Assembly (NCBI GenBank): GCA_028713635.1
Contig: JAQTNX010000002.1
Location: 1-63,286, forward strand
Direction: 5' to 3'
DNA from: Candidatus Bipolaricaulis sp.
GTDB taxonomy: Bacteria; Bipolaricaulota; Bipolaricaulia; UBA7950; UBA9294
DNA length: 63,286 nucleotides
Shown here: piece by piece, positions 41,901 through 50,974 of the stretch
How positions within the stretch are numbered: position 1 is the stretch's first letter
Layout of the letters: the number at the start of each line of letters is the position of its first letter
The notes under the pieces: model-generated
Told to the model about the DNA's origin: nothing
The model's input: the letters and a program-made list of their open reading frames with translations, nothing else
Databases searched by the model: none
Position numbers and translations under genes: made by a program

Positions 41901-42148
41901 TGGCCCATCCGCCCCAAGCCAAGGAACGTCGCGAACAACGCGCTCATCGGGACGGCGACCACCAGAAGGCTTGGGATCTTGAGCAGAACGAGGCGTAGGA
42001 GGATCGCCATGCTCACCCCGCGGTCGACCATCAGATCGGAGAGAGACAGGATGACGTTCAGCAGGATGAACAAAACGAGTCCCGCGAGGGCGAGGAGAAA
42101 CGGGCCCAGGGCCTCGCGAAGGATGTAGCGGTCGCAGCGGCGGAGCAT
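38909..42148 (-). CDS. LptF/LptG-type permease fused to an OstA/LptD-like beta-jellyroll and beta-barrel (1079 aa)
   Basis: Residues 1-365 match LptF/G (DRYILRE, E-LAL-SLGIP, RTPSEMGL, KLSLPLA). Residues 371-396 look like a signal peptide. LptD-like TTC...YSLKAD, WLPLYVQPL, PAFGSSSSRGW, LDYYSK follow. Confidence 0.85.
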   Translation of the reverse strand: MLRRCDRYILREALGPFLLALAGLVLFILLNVILSLSDLMVDRGVSMAILLRLVLLKIPSLLVVAVPMSALFATFLGLGRMGHDREVLALESLGIPLRRILLPLLLAAAFVGVADFALYNWLVPASEAAYQDALRQVIYRQGTPRITANAFFKGQNDQFFYIRRFDESSGKLYDVVIYDTTGRLFPQAGTQVTMITADEGSWSTGAWTLSAGTVYGFDREGQLVFTATIESLVIPIEQGVAELVSHSRTPSEMGLAELGQRIAQARKNGQRVHEYVVESHLKLSLPLAALVFVLLGGALSLAFLPGNRAVGIVLGLLLVAVFQGFLWWTQTLGRRGAMDPAWAAWLPDLVFGAIGVCLYARVDRLATRDARGRWWRRLPFTLALIVSLAAPLSVLGTDAPSVGSDALRPGVGSGTSSPSVVDGDAGDEVGTVPVHLECDELFLANDGSTLHAVGSVRATFQDSQLDADELLVERVQSSSWRLSASGSVVLSVPGTTELQGDSMVVEVDDQSGDVRPRSAEANGLRGEVLFANSEGKVQELFFRARRGEVAFDDQGEVSLLTAEQAEVTTCNCCGLGLERQPYSLKADRLRLYPDRLLVAYGLTARVSAAGVLWLPLYVQPLGETLDSPLFPAFGSSSSRGWFVKWNVPFFLSDAVYGTVLLDYYSKYSEIGVGGTLRYSVGGHEGRASTYILPSDVHDTEVSVSLTDTVEIGGGWQGVGRLEYDAEGDDEELSFSAKLRGSIGPADVMLLISRILNTTTTTTIEEKLPEVSFSLPSQRVGPLAARPTLFAGWYREQKEDEAPQERFRLRSQLESTLDAVTFAGFRIQPSAALQTSLYADASGWEDVESVAVGAAASRSGLELGWTSTLARGSSPFAFDETTTKHQLTWTAKRSGPVDLTVSGSFNSVDGPSPIRATADWDDWATWKVTATYNLALARLSTLAVRGNWRDEHRKVAWRIPYDAIDGEFSAASFDISAEWNALSLSLKNDLDLNRLELTAADLTADLAVANGWGVELGVRYSSGSVDLDDVSYGVFKDIADCVRVGIERSSGNVWLYVSILAFPEAVLRYAPTSASFEIGE

Positions 42149-42273
42149 GGCGTCTCGATCTTACCGGACGGGCGGATCGTCGAGCTAGGTCGCATGTCCG
42201 GATGGCGTGCGCCAGTTCCCTACGGGGTTGGATGGGCGCTCGGCGGGTTGGATATAGTTGGCCGAGACGGACG

Positions 42274-43572
42274 ATGACCAAGCGAGTCTACATCGAGACC
42301 TGGGGCTGCCAAATGAACCTCCACCAGTCGGAGGAGCTGGCCGGCGCGATGCGCGCGGCGGGGTACGACCTGGTCGACTCTCTGGATCACGCCGACGTCG
42401 TTCTGTTCAACGGGTGCATGGTGCGTCAGAAGGCCGAGGAGAAGCTGCTGGGCAGGCTGGGCGCCGTCGTCGAGGAGAAGCGGCGGCGGTCCGTGATCCT
42501 CGGCGTGGGCGGCTGCTTCGGACAGGTCCATGGAGCGAAGCTGCTGACGCGTTCGGCGGCCGTCGACTTCGTCTTCGGGACGCGTGGGCACTCGGCGATC
42601 CCGGCCCTGATCGACCGAGTCGACTGCGCAGGCGAGCGTCCGGTCGACGTGAGCGGCCCCGAGGAGTACGAGGAGGTGGCGTCCGTCCGCGGGTCATCCG
42701 TGTCGGCGATGATCACGATTACCGAGGGCTGTTCGAACTTCTGCTCGTACTGCGTTGTGCCGTACGCCAGGGGGCCGATGCGCAGCCGTCCGCCGGAGCG
42801 GATCGTCGCCGAGGTCGAGAAGGCGGTCGGTGGGGGGTACCGGGAGGTGCTCCTCCTCGGCCAGAACGTGAACTCGTACGGACGAGATCGGCCGTCGTAC
42901 GGGATCTTTGCCGACCTTCTCCGGCGGGTCGCGAACACTGGAATCGATCGAGTGCGCTTCACGAGTTCGCACCCGCGCGACCTGACGAGCGATGTGCTGT
43001 CGGTCATGGCGACCGAGCCGGCCGTCTGCCGCCACCTCCATCTGGCGTGCCAGTCAGGCAGCGACCGCGTTCTTGCGGCGATGAACCGCGGCTACACCCG
43101 GGAGCAGTACAAGGAACTCGTCGAGGGGGCGAGGCGCGTGATGCCGGGGCTCAACGTCACGACCGACATGATCGTCGGATACCCCGGAGAGACCGCCGCC
43201 GAGTTCGAGGACACCCTCTCGCTCGTCGAGGAGATGCGGTTCGGGTCGATCTACGCCGCCAAGTACTCGCCTCGGCCGCTGACGCGTGCGGCCCAGCGGC
43301 GTGACGACGTGACGGCGGAGGAGAAAGAGGACAGGCTTCGGCGCCTCCTCGACGCGGAGCGGCGGATCGCCCTGGAGGAGAACCGTCGCTTCATCGGGCA
43401 GGACGTGATGGTTCTGATCGAAGGCAAGACGCGAGACGGTGTCCACTACGGGCGTGCGAGCGACCACCGGACCGTCGTGGTCCACGGCGATGCAGAGGTC
43501 GGGGACGTGATGTCGGTGAGGGTGGAGGGAGCGGCGGCAGCGGCGCTGGTCGGTGCTGTCCGCGGCGGATGA
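42274..43572 (+). CDS. miaB: tRNA-2-methylthio-N6-dimethylallyladenosine synthase
   Basis: ETWGCQMN, NGCMVRQKAE, GC..FC.YC radical-SAM motif (GCSNFCSYC), LLGQNVNSY, C-terminal TRAM. Confidence 0.95.
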   Translation: MTKRVYIETWGCQMNLHQSEELAGAMRAAGYDLVDSLDHADVVLFNGCMVRQKAEEKLLGRLGAVVEEKRRRSVILGVGGCFGQVHGAKLLTRSAAVDFVFGTRGHSAIPALIDRVDCAGERPVDVSGPEEYEEVASVRGSSVSAMITITEGCSNFCSYCVVPYARGPMRSRPPERIVAEVEKAVGGGYREVLLLGQNVNSYGRDRPSYGIFADLLRRVANTGIDRVRFTSSHPRDLTSDVLSVMATEPAVCRHLHLACQSGSDRVLAAMNRGYTREQYKELVEGARRVMPGLNVTTDMIVGYPGETAAEFEDTLSLVEEMRFGSIYAAKYSPRPLTRAAQRRDDVTAEEKEDRLRRLLDAERRIALEENRRFIGQDVMVLIEGKTRDGVHYGRASDHRTVVVHGDAEVGDVMSVRVEGAAAAALVGAVRGG

Positions 43573-46058
43573 GCCTCCCGTGGACGTCGCTCGGCTTGGA
43601 ACGGTTCGTTGCCGGTGCGGGCGGCGAAGGCGTCGTGTTCGCAGAAGGCGTTCCCCAGTCGGCGTCCGCCGCGGACCTTGATGCTCCGCGGGTTGGCTAC
43701 GGCGAGCGGACAGGCGGGGCCCTCGACATCGCGCCGCTCGTCCGGGCCGTGTTTCCCTGCGCCGCCGACCACGGGGTCGCGGCGATCGCCCACTACCTCG
43801 AGCTCCCGGACGGGTCGCCGGCGGAGAAGGTCGGACGGATCCTCGTCCGCACCCTCGAGGAGATACCGATCCTCGACCGCGACGTCGTGGCCCTTCTTGC
43901 CGAGGTTCTCCCCCCTCCGCTGGCGCGATTCCTGGTGGCGCTTCTTCCGATGTCGGCGCCGCACGAGGAGCCCGAGACGGTGACGGCGAAGCCCGCGGCC
44001 CCGAGCGAGACGCCGGCAGGGACCGAGGAGGTTCTCGGACCGGACGGAATCGTCGCCACGGCCCTGTCGCGCTACGAGACGCGCTCCGGGCAGCTCGCCA
44101 TGGCGAGCCGCGTCGAGGACGTGTTCCGCCGTGGGGGCGCCCTCTCCGTGGAAGCGGGCCCCGGAACGGGGAAGACCTTCGCCTACCTCGTGCCGGCGAT
44201 CCTCAAGCTCCGGGAGGACAAGACAGCGCGGGTCGTGGTCTGCACGCGGACGAAGCAGCTCCAAGAGCAGCTCTTCCGAGAGGACCTGCCGTTCCTGGTC
44301 GAACGCATCGCGCCCACGATCTCGACCGCAATGCTCAAGGGACGGGAGAACTACCTGTGCCTTCGCCGCTGGGAGATCCTCCTGCAGGAGCTCGTGAACG
44401 GCCTCGAGCGGGATCGGCTGGCCGCCCTGGCTCCGCTCGTGCGATGGCTGTCGGACACCGAGACCGGCGACGTCGAAGAGAACAGCGCGTTCCTCGCCGA
44501 CCCGAGCTCCCGCGACCTCTGGGCGCGCCTCTACGATTCGCCGCATCACTGCGTGGGCGCCTTCTGCCCGCACATGGAGGGCTGCTTCTCGATCCAGGCG
44601 CGGCGCCGGGCGCGGAAAGCCGACCTGGTGGTCGTCAACCATTCCCTGCTTCTTGCGGACGCCGCAGCGCATGGTGTGGTGCTCGGGAAGTACAGCCACC
44701 TCGTGGTGGACGAAGCGCACGCGTTTGAGGCCGCGGCGAGGTCGGCCTTCACGGCGAGTCTGTCGCAGTCGATGGTTGAGCGCGTTGTGGAGCAGCTTGC
44801 GCCACCACGCAACCGGCGGGGAGGATGGGTCGGACGGCTCCCGCTGGCGCCGGAGGACGAGGAGGCGCTCCGGGCGGGGGACGCGGCCGCCGTGCTGCCG
44901 GGACAGGCGTCCCGCCTCTTCCTCTCCGTGGAGTCAGTGCTCTCCGAGGAGCGGCGTGGCCGGCTCCCCGATCTGTCGGCGGTGCGAGACGACCTCGAGG
45001 CGTTCCGAGTCGCGGTGCGCGGGCTGGGCGTCGGGGTCGAGGCCCTGATCGAGCGGGTGCGCGAGGAGCAGGACTTGGCGCGGGAGGGAGAAGGCGGCCT
45101 CGCGGCGCTCCGCGAGCTCGAGAACGTCGCGGGCGTCCTGGCGAGAGAGCCGAACGAGAACGCCGTCCACTGGTACGAGCGCGAAGGGGGGCGGCTCTCC
45201 CTTCACGTCACGCCGCTCGACGTGGCGCCGATCCTAGCGGAGTGTCTGTACCCCGATCTCGAGGCGGCCGTGCTGACGTCGGCGACGCTCTCGTTGGGAG
45301 GCGATTTCACCTACGTGCATCGCGCGCTGGGCGTGGACGAGGCCTTCTCAGACGTTCAGGGGATGGTGGCCGAGAGCCCGTTCTCCTATGCGGGAAGGAT
45401 GCGGATCCTCGTGCCACGTCGATTCCCCGCCGTGCTCGGCGACGCCGAGACGTATGCCGACGCGCTCGCCGAGCTGCTGATCGACCTGCACGGCGCGCTT
45501 CACCGCAACGGCCTCGTGCTGTTCACTTCCTACGACCTTCTGCAGCGCGTTCGGGAAAGGCTGGTGGGTACGGTCCCGGTTCTCGCCCAGGGGGTCGACG
45601 GTCCACGCACAAGCCTTGTCGAGCGGTTCCGCCGTGGGAAGGATGGGATGCTGCTCCTCGGAGCGGACAGCTTCTGGGAAGGCGTGGACCTTCCCGGGGA
45701 GGAGCTCGAGGTTCTCGTGGTCACGCGGCTTCCGTTCGCCGTGCCGACCGATCCGGTGTTCGCCGCGCTGTCGGAGCGATACGAGAGAACCGGAAGGGAG
45801 CCGTTCTACGAGCTCGCGCTTCCGCAGGCGGTTCTTCGGCTGCGGCAGGGAGTCGGGCGCCTCATTCGAACGCAGCGCGACCGAGGCGTCGTCGTGGTGA
45901 CGGACGACCGGATCCGAACGAAGAGCTACGGACGGAAGTTCGCCGAGGGCCTGCCGGTGCCGGTGGAAGAGGCGGCAAGCGCCGCCGACCTCGTTCTCGA
46001 GGCGGCGGCGTGGTTCGAAAGGTTGGAAGACGAGGAGGGATCGCCCCAAGCGGATTGA
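43569..46058 (+). CDS. dinG: DinG/YoaA-family Fe-S helicase with a divergent N-terminal region
   Basis: EAGPGTGKT, KGRENYLC, C...C..C cluster (HCVGAFCPHMEGC), VVNH, DEAH, TSATL, FWEGVD, QGVGRLIR. Confidence 0.88.
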   Translation: MSLPWTSLGLERFVAGAGGEGVVFAEGVPQSASAADLDAPRVGYGERTGGALDIAPLVRAVFPCAADHGVAAIAHYLELPDGSPAEKVGRILVRTLEEIPILDRDVVALLAEVLPPPLARFLVALLPMSAPHEEPETVTAKPAAPSETPAGTEEVLGPDGIVATALSRYETRSGQLAMASRVEDVFRRGGALSVEAGPGTGKTFAYLVPAILKLREDKTARVVVCTRTKQLQEQLFREDLPFLVERIAPTISTAMLKGRENYLCLRRWEILLQELVNGLERDRLAALAPLVRWLSDTETGDVEENSAFLADPSSRDLWARLYDSPHHCVGAFCPHMEGCFSIQARRRARKADLVVVNHSLLLADAAAHGVVLGKYSHLVVDEAHAFEAAARSAFTASLSQSMVERVVEQLAPPRNRRGGWVGRLPLAPEDEEALRAGDAAAVLPGQASRLFLSVESVLSEERRGRLPDLSAVRDDLEAFRVAVRGLGVGVEALIERVREEQDLAREGEGGLAALRELENVAGVLAREPNENAVHWYEREGGRLSLHVTPLDVAPILAECLYPDLEAAVLTSATLSLGGDFTYVHRALGVDEAFSDVQGMVAESPFSYAGRMRILVPRRFPAVLGDAETYADALAELLIDLHGALHRNGLVLFTSYDLLQRVRERLVGTVPVLAQGVDGPRTSLVERFRRGKDGMLLLGADSFWEGVDLPGEELEVLVVTRLPFAVPTDPVFAALSERYERTGREPFYELALPQAVLRLRQGVGRLIRTQRDRGVVVVTDDRIRTKSYGRKFAEGLPVPVEEAASAADLVLEAAAWFERLEDEEGSPQAD

Positions 46059-46083
46059 CATCGGCCGGACCAGCCGATAGAAT
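46055..46083 (+). promoter_or_regulatory. Sigma70-type promoter for the GT2-rpiB-rho operon
   Basis: TTGACA, 17-nt spacer, TAGAAT. Confidence 0.8.
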
Positions 46084-46135
46084 GGCCTCGACAAACGGAT
46101 CAGCGTCTACATCTACATCCATAACTCAAGAATCG

Positions 46136-46780
46136 ATGAGCATTTCCGTGGTGGTGCCCGCGTACAACGAGGCCGGACGGATCGGGGCGGTGCTCGAGCC
46201 CGTACTCGGCAGCCGTCTTGTCTCCGAGGTCATCGTCGTTGACGACGGCTCGGAAGACTCGACGGCCGAGGAAGCGCGTCGCTTCCCGGTTCTCGTCGTC
46301 CGACTTCCGGAGAACCGCGGGAAGGCGGCGGCGCTCGACGCGGGGGTCGCTGCGGCGAAGAATGAAGTGTTCCTGTTCCTCGACGCCGACCTCGTTGGGC
46401 TTCGCACGGAACACGTCGACCGGCTGGTCCAGACGTTCGTCGAGCAAGACTTGGACATGGTTGTGGGGGTGTTCGCGGACGGCCGCAAGAACACGGATCT
46501 GGCACAGAAGATCAACCCGTACGCGTCGGGACAGCGGGTTCTCCCGCGCCGCCTCTGGGAACGCGCCAAGGAGAACCTGGAGAACGTCTACGAGATGAAC
46601 TTCGGGATCGAGATCGCCCTATCGAAGCTCGCCGCCAAGGAAGGGTGGAAGAAGGAGTACGTGAAGCTCGACGGCGTCACGCACGTCCTGAAAGAGGAGA
46701 AGCGCGGCTTCAAGAAGGGCGTGGCGGACAGGCTTCGGATGTACGGCGACATGATCAAGTGGTTGTTCAAGAGGCTCTAG
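46136..46780 (+). CDS. Family 2 glycosyltransferase
   Basis: ISVVVPAYNE, VVDDGSED, NRGKAAA, FLDAD. Confidence 0.9.
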   Translation: MSISVVVPAYNEAGRIGAVLEPVLGSRLVSEVIVVDDGSEDSTAEEARRFPVLVVRLPENRGKAAALDAGVAAAKNEVFLFLDADLVGLRTEHVDRLVQTFVEQDLDMVVGVFADGRKNTDLAQKINPYASGQRVLPRRLWERAKENLENVYEMNFGIEIALSKLAAKEGWKKEYVKLDGVTHVLKEEKRGFKKGVADRLRMYGDMIKWLFKRL

Positions 46781-46781
46781 A

Positions 46782-47228
46782 ATGAAGATCGCAATCGGAG
46801 CGGACCATGCGGGGGTTGAGCTGAAGGCCCACCTCATCGCACGAGCTCTCGAGGGGCACACGGTGGTGGACGTCGGAACTGACTCGTCGGACCCCGTGGA
46901 CTACCCCGACATCGCTCGCGCTGTCGTGAAGCTGATTCGGCACGGCGAGGCGGACCGAGGGATCCTGATTTGCGGGACCGGCATCGGGATGGCGATGGCG
47001 GCGGGGAAGCACCCCGGGATTCGTGCGGCGACGTGCACCGAGTCGTTCTCGGCGGAGCTGAGCCGACGGCACAACGACGCGAACGTCCTCTGCCTGGGAG
47101 CCCGGGTCCTCGGGACAGGACTCGCCGAGCACATCGTGCGTGCCTGGCTTGCGGCGACGTTCGAAGGGGGACGGCACGTGACACGGGTGGGCAAGCTCGA
47201 GGATCGAGGGAGCGGCGAGGCCCGCTGA
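46782..47228 (+). CDS. rpiB: Ribose-5-phosphate isomerase B
   Basis: IGADHAG, DYPD, ICGTGIG, HNDANVL, GGRH. Confidence 0.96.
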   Translation: MKIAIGADHAGVELKAHLIARALEGHTVVDVGTDSSDPVDYPDIARAVVKLIRHGEADRGILICGTGIGMAMAAGKHPGIRAATCTESFSAELSRRHNDANVLCLGARVLGTGLAEHIVRAWLAATFEGGRHVTRVGKLEDRGSGEAR

Positions 47229-47306
47229 GCGGCCGACCTTTCCTCTCGAAGTCTCGGTGCACCCCTAGCGTGACGTACCGAAGACGACAGAGTCGAGGTG
47301 AGTGGG

Positions 47307-48557
47307 ATGGAAATCCGAGAACTGCGTCGGAAGACGCTCGACGAACTGGAGCAGTTCGCCGAGACGATCGACATCAAGAACTCCAGGCAAATCGGGAAAG
47401 ACGACCTCACGCGCATGGTGATGGCTCACCTCGCGCGGAACAAGGATCTCCAATTCATCGACGGCATCCTGGAGCTACACCCGGACGGGTACGGCTTCTT
47501 GCGAAGCGACAGCTGCCTTCCCGGGAAGGCCGACATCTACGTGTCGCCATCACAGATCAAGCGGTTCGCGCTCCGGGACGGCGATCTCGTCTCCGGACCG
47601 ATCCGCGGGCCGAAGAACGATGAGCGGTACTTCGCGCTCCTGAAGGCGGATGCCGTGAACGGGGGCGATCCGGAGAACTCCCGGCGTCGCGTGCAGTTCC
47701 AGGAACTCACGCCCCTGCACCCGAACCAGCACCTCAAGCTCGAGCACGACCCGGAGGAGATCTCGACCCGGATGATTGACCTGTTCTGCCCGATCGGCAA
47801 GGGTCAGCGCGGGCTGATCGTGTCCCCTCCGAAGGCGGGGAAGACGACGCTGCTCAAGAAGATTGCCAACGGAATCAACGCCAACCACCCCGACGTCAAG
47901 CTGTTCGTTCTCCTCGTCGACGAGCGGCCCGAGGAAGTCACGGACTTCACGCGGTCGATCAAGAACGGCGAGGTCGTCGCGGCGACGTTCGACCAGGAGC
48001 CGAAGCACCACACGCGGATCGCGGAGTTGGTCACGGACCGCGCGAAGCGGCTCGTCGAGCTCGGACATGACGTCGTGATTCTGATGGACTCCATCACGCG
48101 GTTGGCTCGCGCCTACAACCTCTCCATTCCGGCGTCCGGGAAGCTCCTGTCCGGCGGAATGGATCCGACCGCGTTGTACAAGCCGAAGGAATTCTTCGGT
48201 GCGGCGCGCAACATCGAGGAGGGAGGCAGCCTGACGATCATTGCCACCGCCCTCGTGGACACCGGGAGCAAGCTCGACCAGGTCGTGTTCGAGGAGTTCA
48301 AGGGCACCGGGAACATGGAGCTCGTGCTGAACCGCGACCTCCAGAACCGCCGCATCTTCCCTGCGATCGACATCGAGCAGAGCGGGACGCGGAAAGAGGA
48401 GCTGCTTCTGGCCGAGAAGGAATTGAAGCGCGTGTGGATTCTCCGTAAGATGATTAGCGAGCTGAACGACCTGCAGGCAGCGATGCAGTTCATCAAGGCG
48501 AAGATGGAGGCGACGAGGGACAACGAGCAGTTCCTCGAGCTGATGAAAGGTGACTAG
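47307..48557 (+). CDS. rho: Transcription termination factor Rho
   Basis: DGYGFLR, PIGKGQRG, PPKAGKTT, DERPEEV, DSITRLARA, FKGTGNME. Confidence 0.98.
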   Translation: MEIRELRRKTLDELEQFAETIDIKNSRQIGKDDLTRMVMAHLARNKDLQFIDGILELHPDGYGFLRSDSCLPGKADIYVSPSQIKRFALRDGDLVSGPIRGPKNDERYFALLKADAVNGGDPENSRRRVQFQELTPLHPNQHLKLEHDPEEISTRMIDLFCPIGKGQRGLIVSPPKAGKTTLLKKIANGINANHPDVKLFVLLVDERPEEVTDFTRSIKNGEVVAATFDQEPKHHTRIAELVTDRAKRLVELGHDVVILMDSITRLARAYNLSIPASGKLLSGGMDPTALYKPKEFFGAARNIEEGGSLTIIATALVDTGSKLDQVVFEEFKGTGNMELVLNRDLQNRRIFPAIDIEQSGTRKEELLLAEKELKRVWILRKMISELNDLQAAMQFIKAKMEATRDNEQFLELMKGD

Positions 48558-49719
48558 CCGGCCCAGGTACGGAACCTCGTCTGCAAAGCCGATCCGCAAG
48601 GATCGCGTCTTGATCGCCCTGATTGTCGTTGCTGCCTGTGTCGTGATCCCCGTGTTGTTGTTGCGTTCGGGGGGCACGCGCCAGTCCGAGGATGGCCTCA
48701 CGGTCCTTTCCGAGAACCCGAGCGACCAGGCCGCCGCTGCGCTGGCCACACCGGCGTCGACGAGCGTCGACGCCGCAGTCGATCAGATCCTCTCCCCGAG
48801 TGGAACGTCGTCGGCGAAGCCCGCCACCGGGACGGCGGCGAGTACCACTGCCGCGCCCGCGAAGCCTGCGGCGTCGACTGCGAGCGCACCCGCCGCAAAG
48901 CCCGCAAGCAGCGCGCCGGCCGCAGCTCCGTCGACGTCGGACAGCAAGGCCACGAAGCCGGCGTCGACGAATCCTCCGGCGACGGGCAGCTCGGTCGTCT
49001 CCCACACTGTGAAGAAGGGGGACACCGTATCGGGCGTCGCCACGGCGCTCGGCGTCAGCGCCGCCCTGCTGCGTGCCAGCAACCGGCTGTACGAAAGCCA
49101 ACCGCTTGAGGTGGGCCAGGTTCTCTACGCGTCGCGAGCCGGAGTCATCCACACGATCAAGTCGGGGCAGACACTGACCGACATCTCGCTGACGTACTCG
49201 GTGCCGGTCGGGAAGCTGACGGCGGCCAACGGGCTGACGACGGGATCGACGATCTACGCAGGAAGCCGGATCGTCATCCCGGGAGCGACGTCGGCGCTCT
49301 GGGACACCGTGAGCGGCTTGTCGAAGGGGGTGCGCTCGGACTACATCTGGCCGCTCGGGGGCAAAGTGGTTTCGGGGTTCGGCTGGCGCGTTCACGAAGT
49401 CTTGAAGCAGAAGCAGCACCACGACGGGATCGACATCGACGTCCCGGAGGGAACGGTGGTTCGCGCATCGGCGCCTGGAAGGGTCTACTTCTACGGCGAA
49501 CAGCCGGGGTACGGAAATGTCCTGATCATCGAGCACGCGAGCAAGGGGTACTCGCTCTACGGCCACTTGAGCAGTTCGCTTGTCTACGTGGGGCAGTACG
49601 TCGAGGCCGGTCAGCGGGTGGCGCTGTCGGGAAACACGGGAGTCTCGTCGGGACCGCACCTCCACTTCGAGCTCCGGAACGGCGAATTCCCGGTCGATCC
49701 CATGCGCTACCTCCCCTAG
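48550..49719 (+). CDS. Membrane-anchored LysM x2 + M23 peptidase
   Basis: N-terminal TM and an A/S/T/P-rich linker. HTVKKGDTV and HTIKSGQTL LysM repeats. HDGID and GPHLHFE. Confidence 0.9.
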   Translation: MTSRPRYGTSSAKPIRKDRVLIALIVVAACVVIPVLLLRSGGTRQSEDGLTVLSENPSDQAAAALATPASTSVDAAVDQILSPSGTSSAKPATGTAASTTAAPAKPAASTASAPAAKPASSAPAAAPSTSDSKATKPASTNPPATGSSVVSHTVKKGDTVSGVATALGVSAALLRASNRLYESQPLEVGQVLYASRAGVIHTIKSGQTLTDISLTYSVPVGKLTAANGLTTGSTIYAGSRIVIPGATSALWDTVSGLSKGVRSDYIWPLGGKVVSGFGWRVHEVLKQKQHHDGIDIDVPEGTVVRASAPGRVYFYGEQPGYGNVLIIEHASKGYSLYGHLSSSLVYVGQYVEAGQRVALSGNTGVSSGPHLHFELRNGEFPVDPMRYLP

Positions 49720-49726
49720 CCCATCT

Positions 49727-50974
49727 ATGGACGCGCTGATCATCGAGGGGGGGCAGCGCCTGTCGGGGCGCATTGCGATCGAGGGGGCAAAGAATGCGGC
49801 CCTTCCCGCCTGCGTTGCTGCACTGCTCACCGACGAGCCGATCATCCTGCGGCGAGTCCCTCAGCTTCGTGATGTGAGCACGATCCTCTACACGCTCGGC
49901 GCGCTGGGCAAGCGCGTCGTTCGGAACGAGGGCAGTGTCGTCATCTCCGGGGACGGTCCGTTGTCGGGCGAAGCGAACCCGTACTCGGTGCGCAAGATGC
50001 GCGCCTCGTTCCTCGTGCTGGGCCCGCTGCTTGCCCGGCTCGGGCGAGCGCGAGTCCCGCTGCCGGGAGGTTGTGCCATCGGCGCTCGTCCCGTCGACCT
50101 CCATCTGCGGGGCTTGGAAGCGCTCGGGGCCCGGATCGACGAGCACGATGGAGTCGTAGACGTCTCGGCCGACCGACTGCGCGGGGCGCGGATCGAGCTG
50201 GCGTTCCCGTCCGTCGGGGCGACGGAACAGCTCGTCATGACGGCGACGCTCGCCGAGGGCGTGACGGAGATTGCGAATGCCGCCGTCGAGCCCGAGGTCC
50301 TCGACCTCGTCAGGCTGCTCCGCGCGATGGGGGCAGAGATCGCGGTGGAAGGGCGGACGGTTCGGGTTGCGGCCTCGCGGCTTCGCGCCGCCGAACACAC
50401 CCTCATTCCCGACCGGATGGAGGCGGGGACGATGCTCCTCGCGGCGGCGATCGCGCGCGGCGAGGCCACAGCCGAGGACGTCGACCCGGAGGACCTCTCC
50501 CCGCTCTCCGACGCGTTGCGGCGAGTCGGGGTGGACGTGCAGGAGGACGGAAGGAGCGTGACCGTGTCGGCGAGCGGACCGCTTCGCGGAACGGCCATCG
50601 AGACCGCGCCGCACCCGGGGTTCCCGACCGACCTCCATCCCCCGTTCGCCGCGCTTTTGACCGTGGCACACGGAACGAGCCGAGTCACCGAGACCGTGTT
50701 CGAGAGCCGGTTCACGTATGTGGATCCGCTCCGCGCGATGGGCGCGCAGATTGCCGTGGACGGGCGAACGGCGACGATCAGCGGCGTCGAACGCTTGCGG
50801 GCCGGATCGATCGAGGCGCCTGATATTCGCGCGGGCGCGGCGTTGGTGCTTGCGGCGCTTGCCGCCGAGGGGACGACAACCCTGGGCGGCCTCGAGCACA
50901 TCGATCGGGGCTACGAGCGCCTAACCGAGAAGCTGCGACTGCTAGGAGCGAGGATTGAGCGACAGAGCACCTGA
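49727..50974 (+). CDS. murA: UDP-N-acetylglucosamine 1-carboxyvinyltransferase
   Basis: GAKNAALP, MRASF, PGGCAIGARP (catalytic Cys), SVGAT, PGFPTD, DIRAG. Confidence 0.97.
   Translation: MDALIIEGGQRLSGRIAIEGAKNAALPACVAALLTDEPIILRRVPQLRDVSTILYTLGALGKRVVRNEGSVVISGDGPLSGEANPYSVRKMRASFLVLGPLLARLGRARVPLPGGCAIGARPVDLHLRGLEALGARIDEHDGVVDVSADRLRGARIELAFPSVGATEQLVMTATLAEGVTEIANAAVEPEVLDLVRLLRAMGAEIAVEGRTVRVAASRLRAAEHTLIPDRMEAGTMLLAAAIARGEATAEDVDPEDLSPLSDALRRVGVDVQEDGRSVTVSASGPLRGTAIETAPHPGFPTDLHPPFAALLTVAHGTSRVTETVFESRFTYVDPLRAMGAQIAVDGRTATISGVERLRAGSIEAPDIRAGAALVLAALAAEGTTTLGGLEHIDRGYERLTEKLRLLGARIERQST

Noticed and set aside
48720-49000. Novel repeat protein domain in the M23 peptidase
   Set aside because: An ordinary Ala/Ser/Thr/Pro-rich low-complexity linker.
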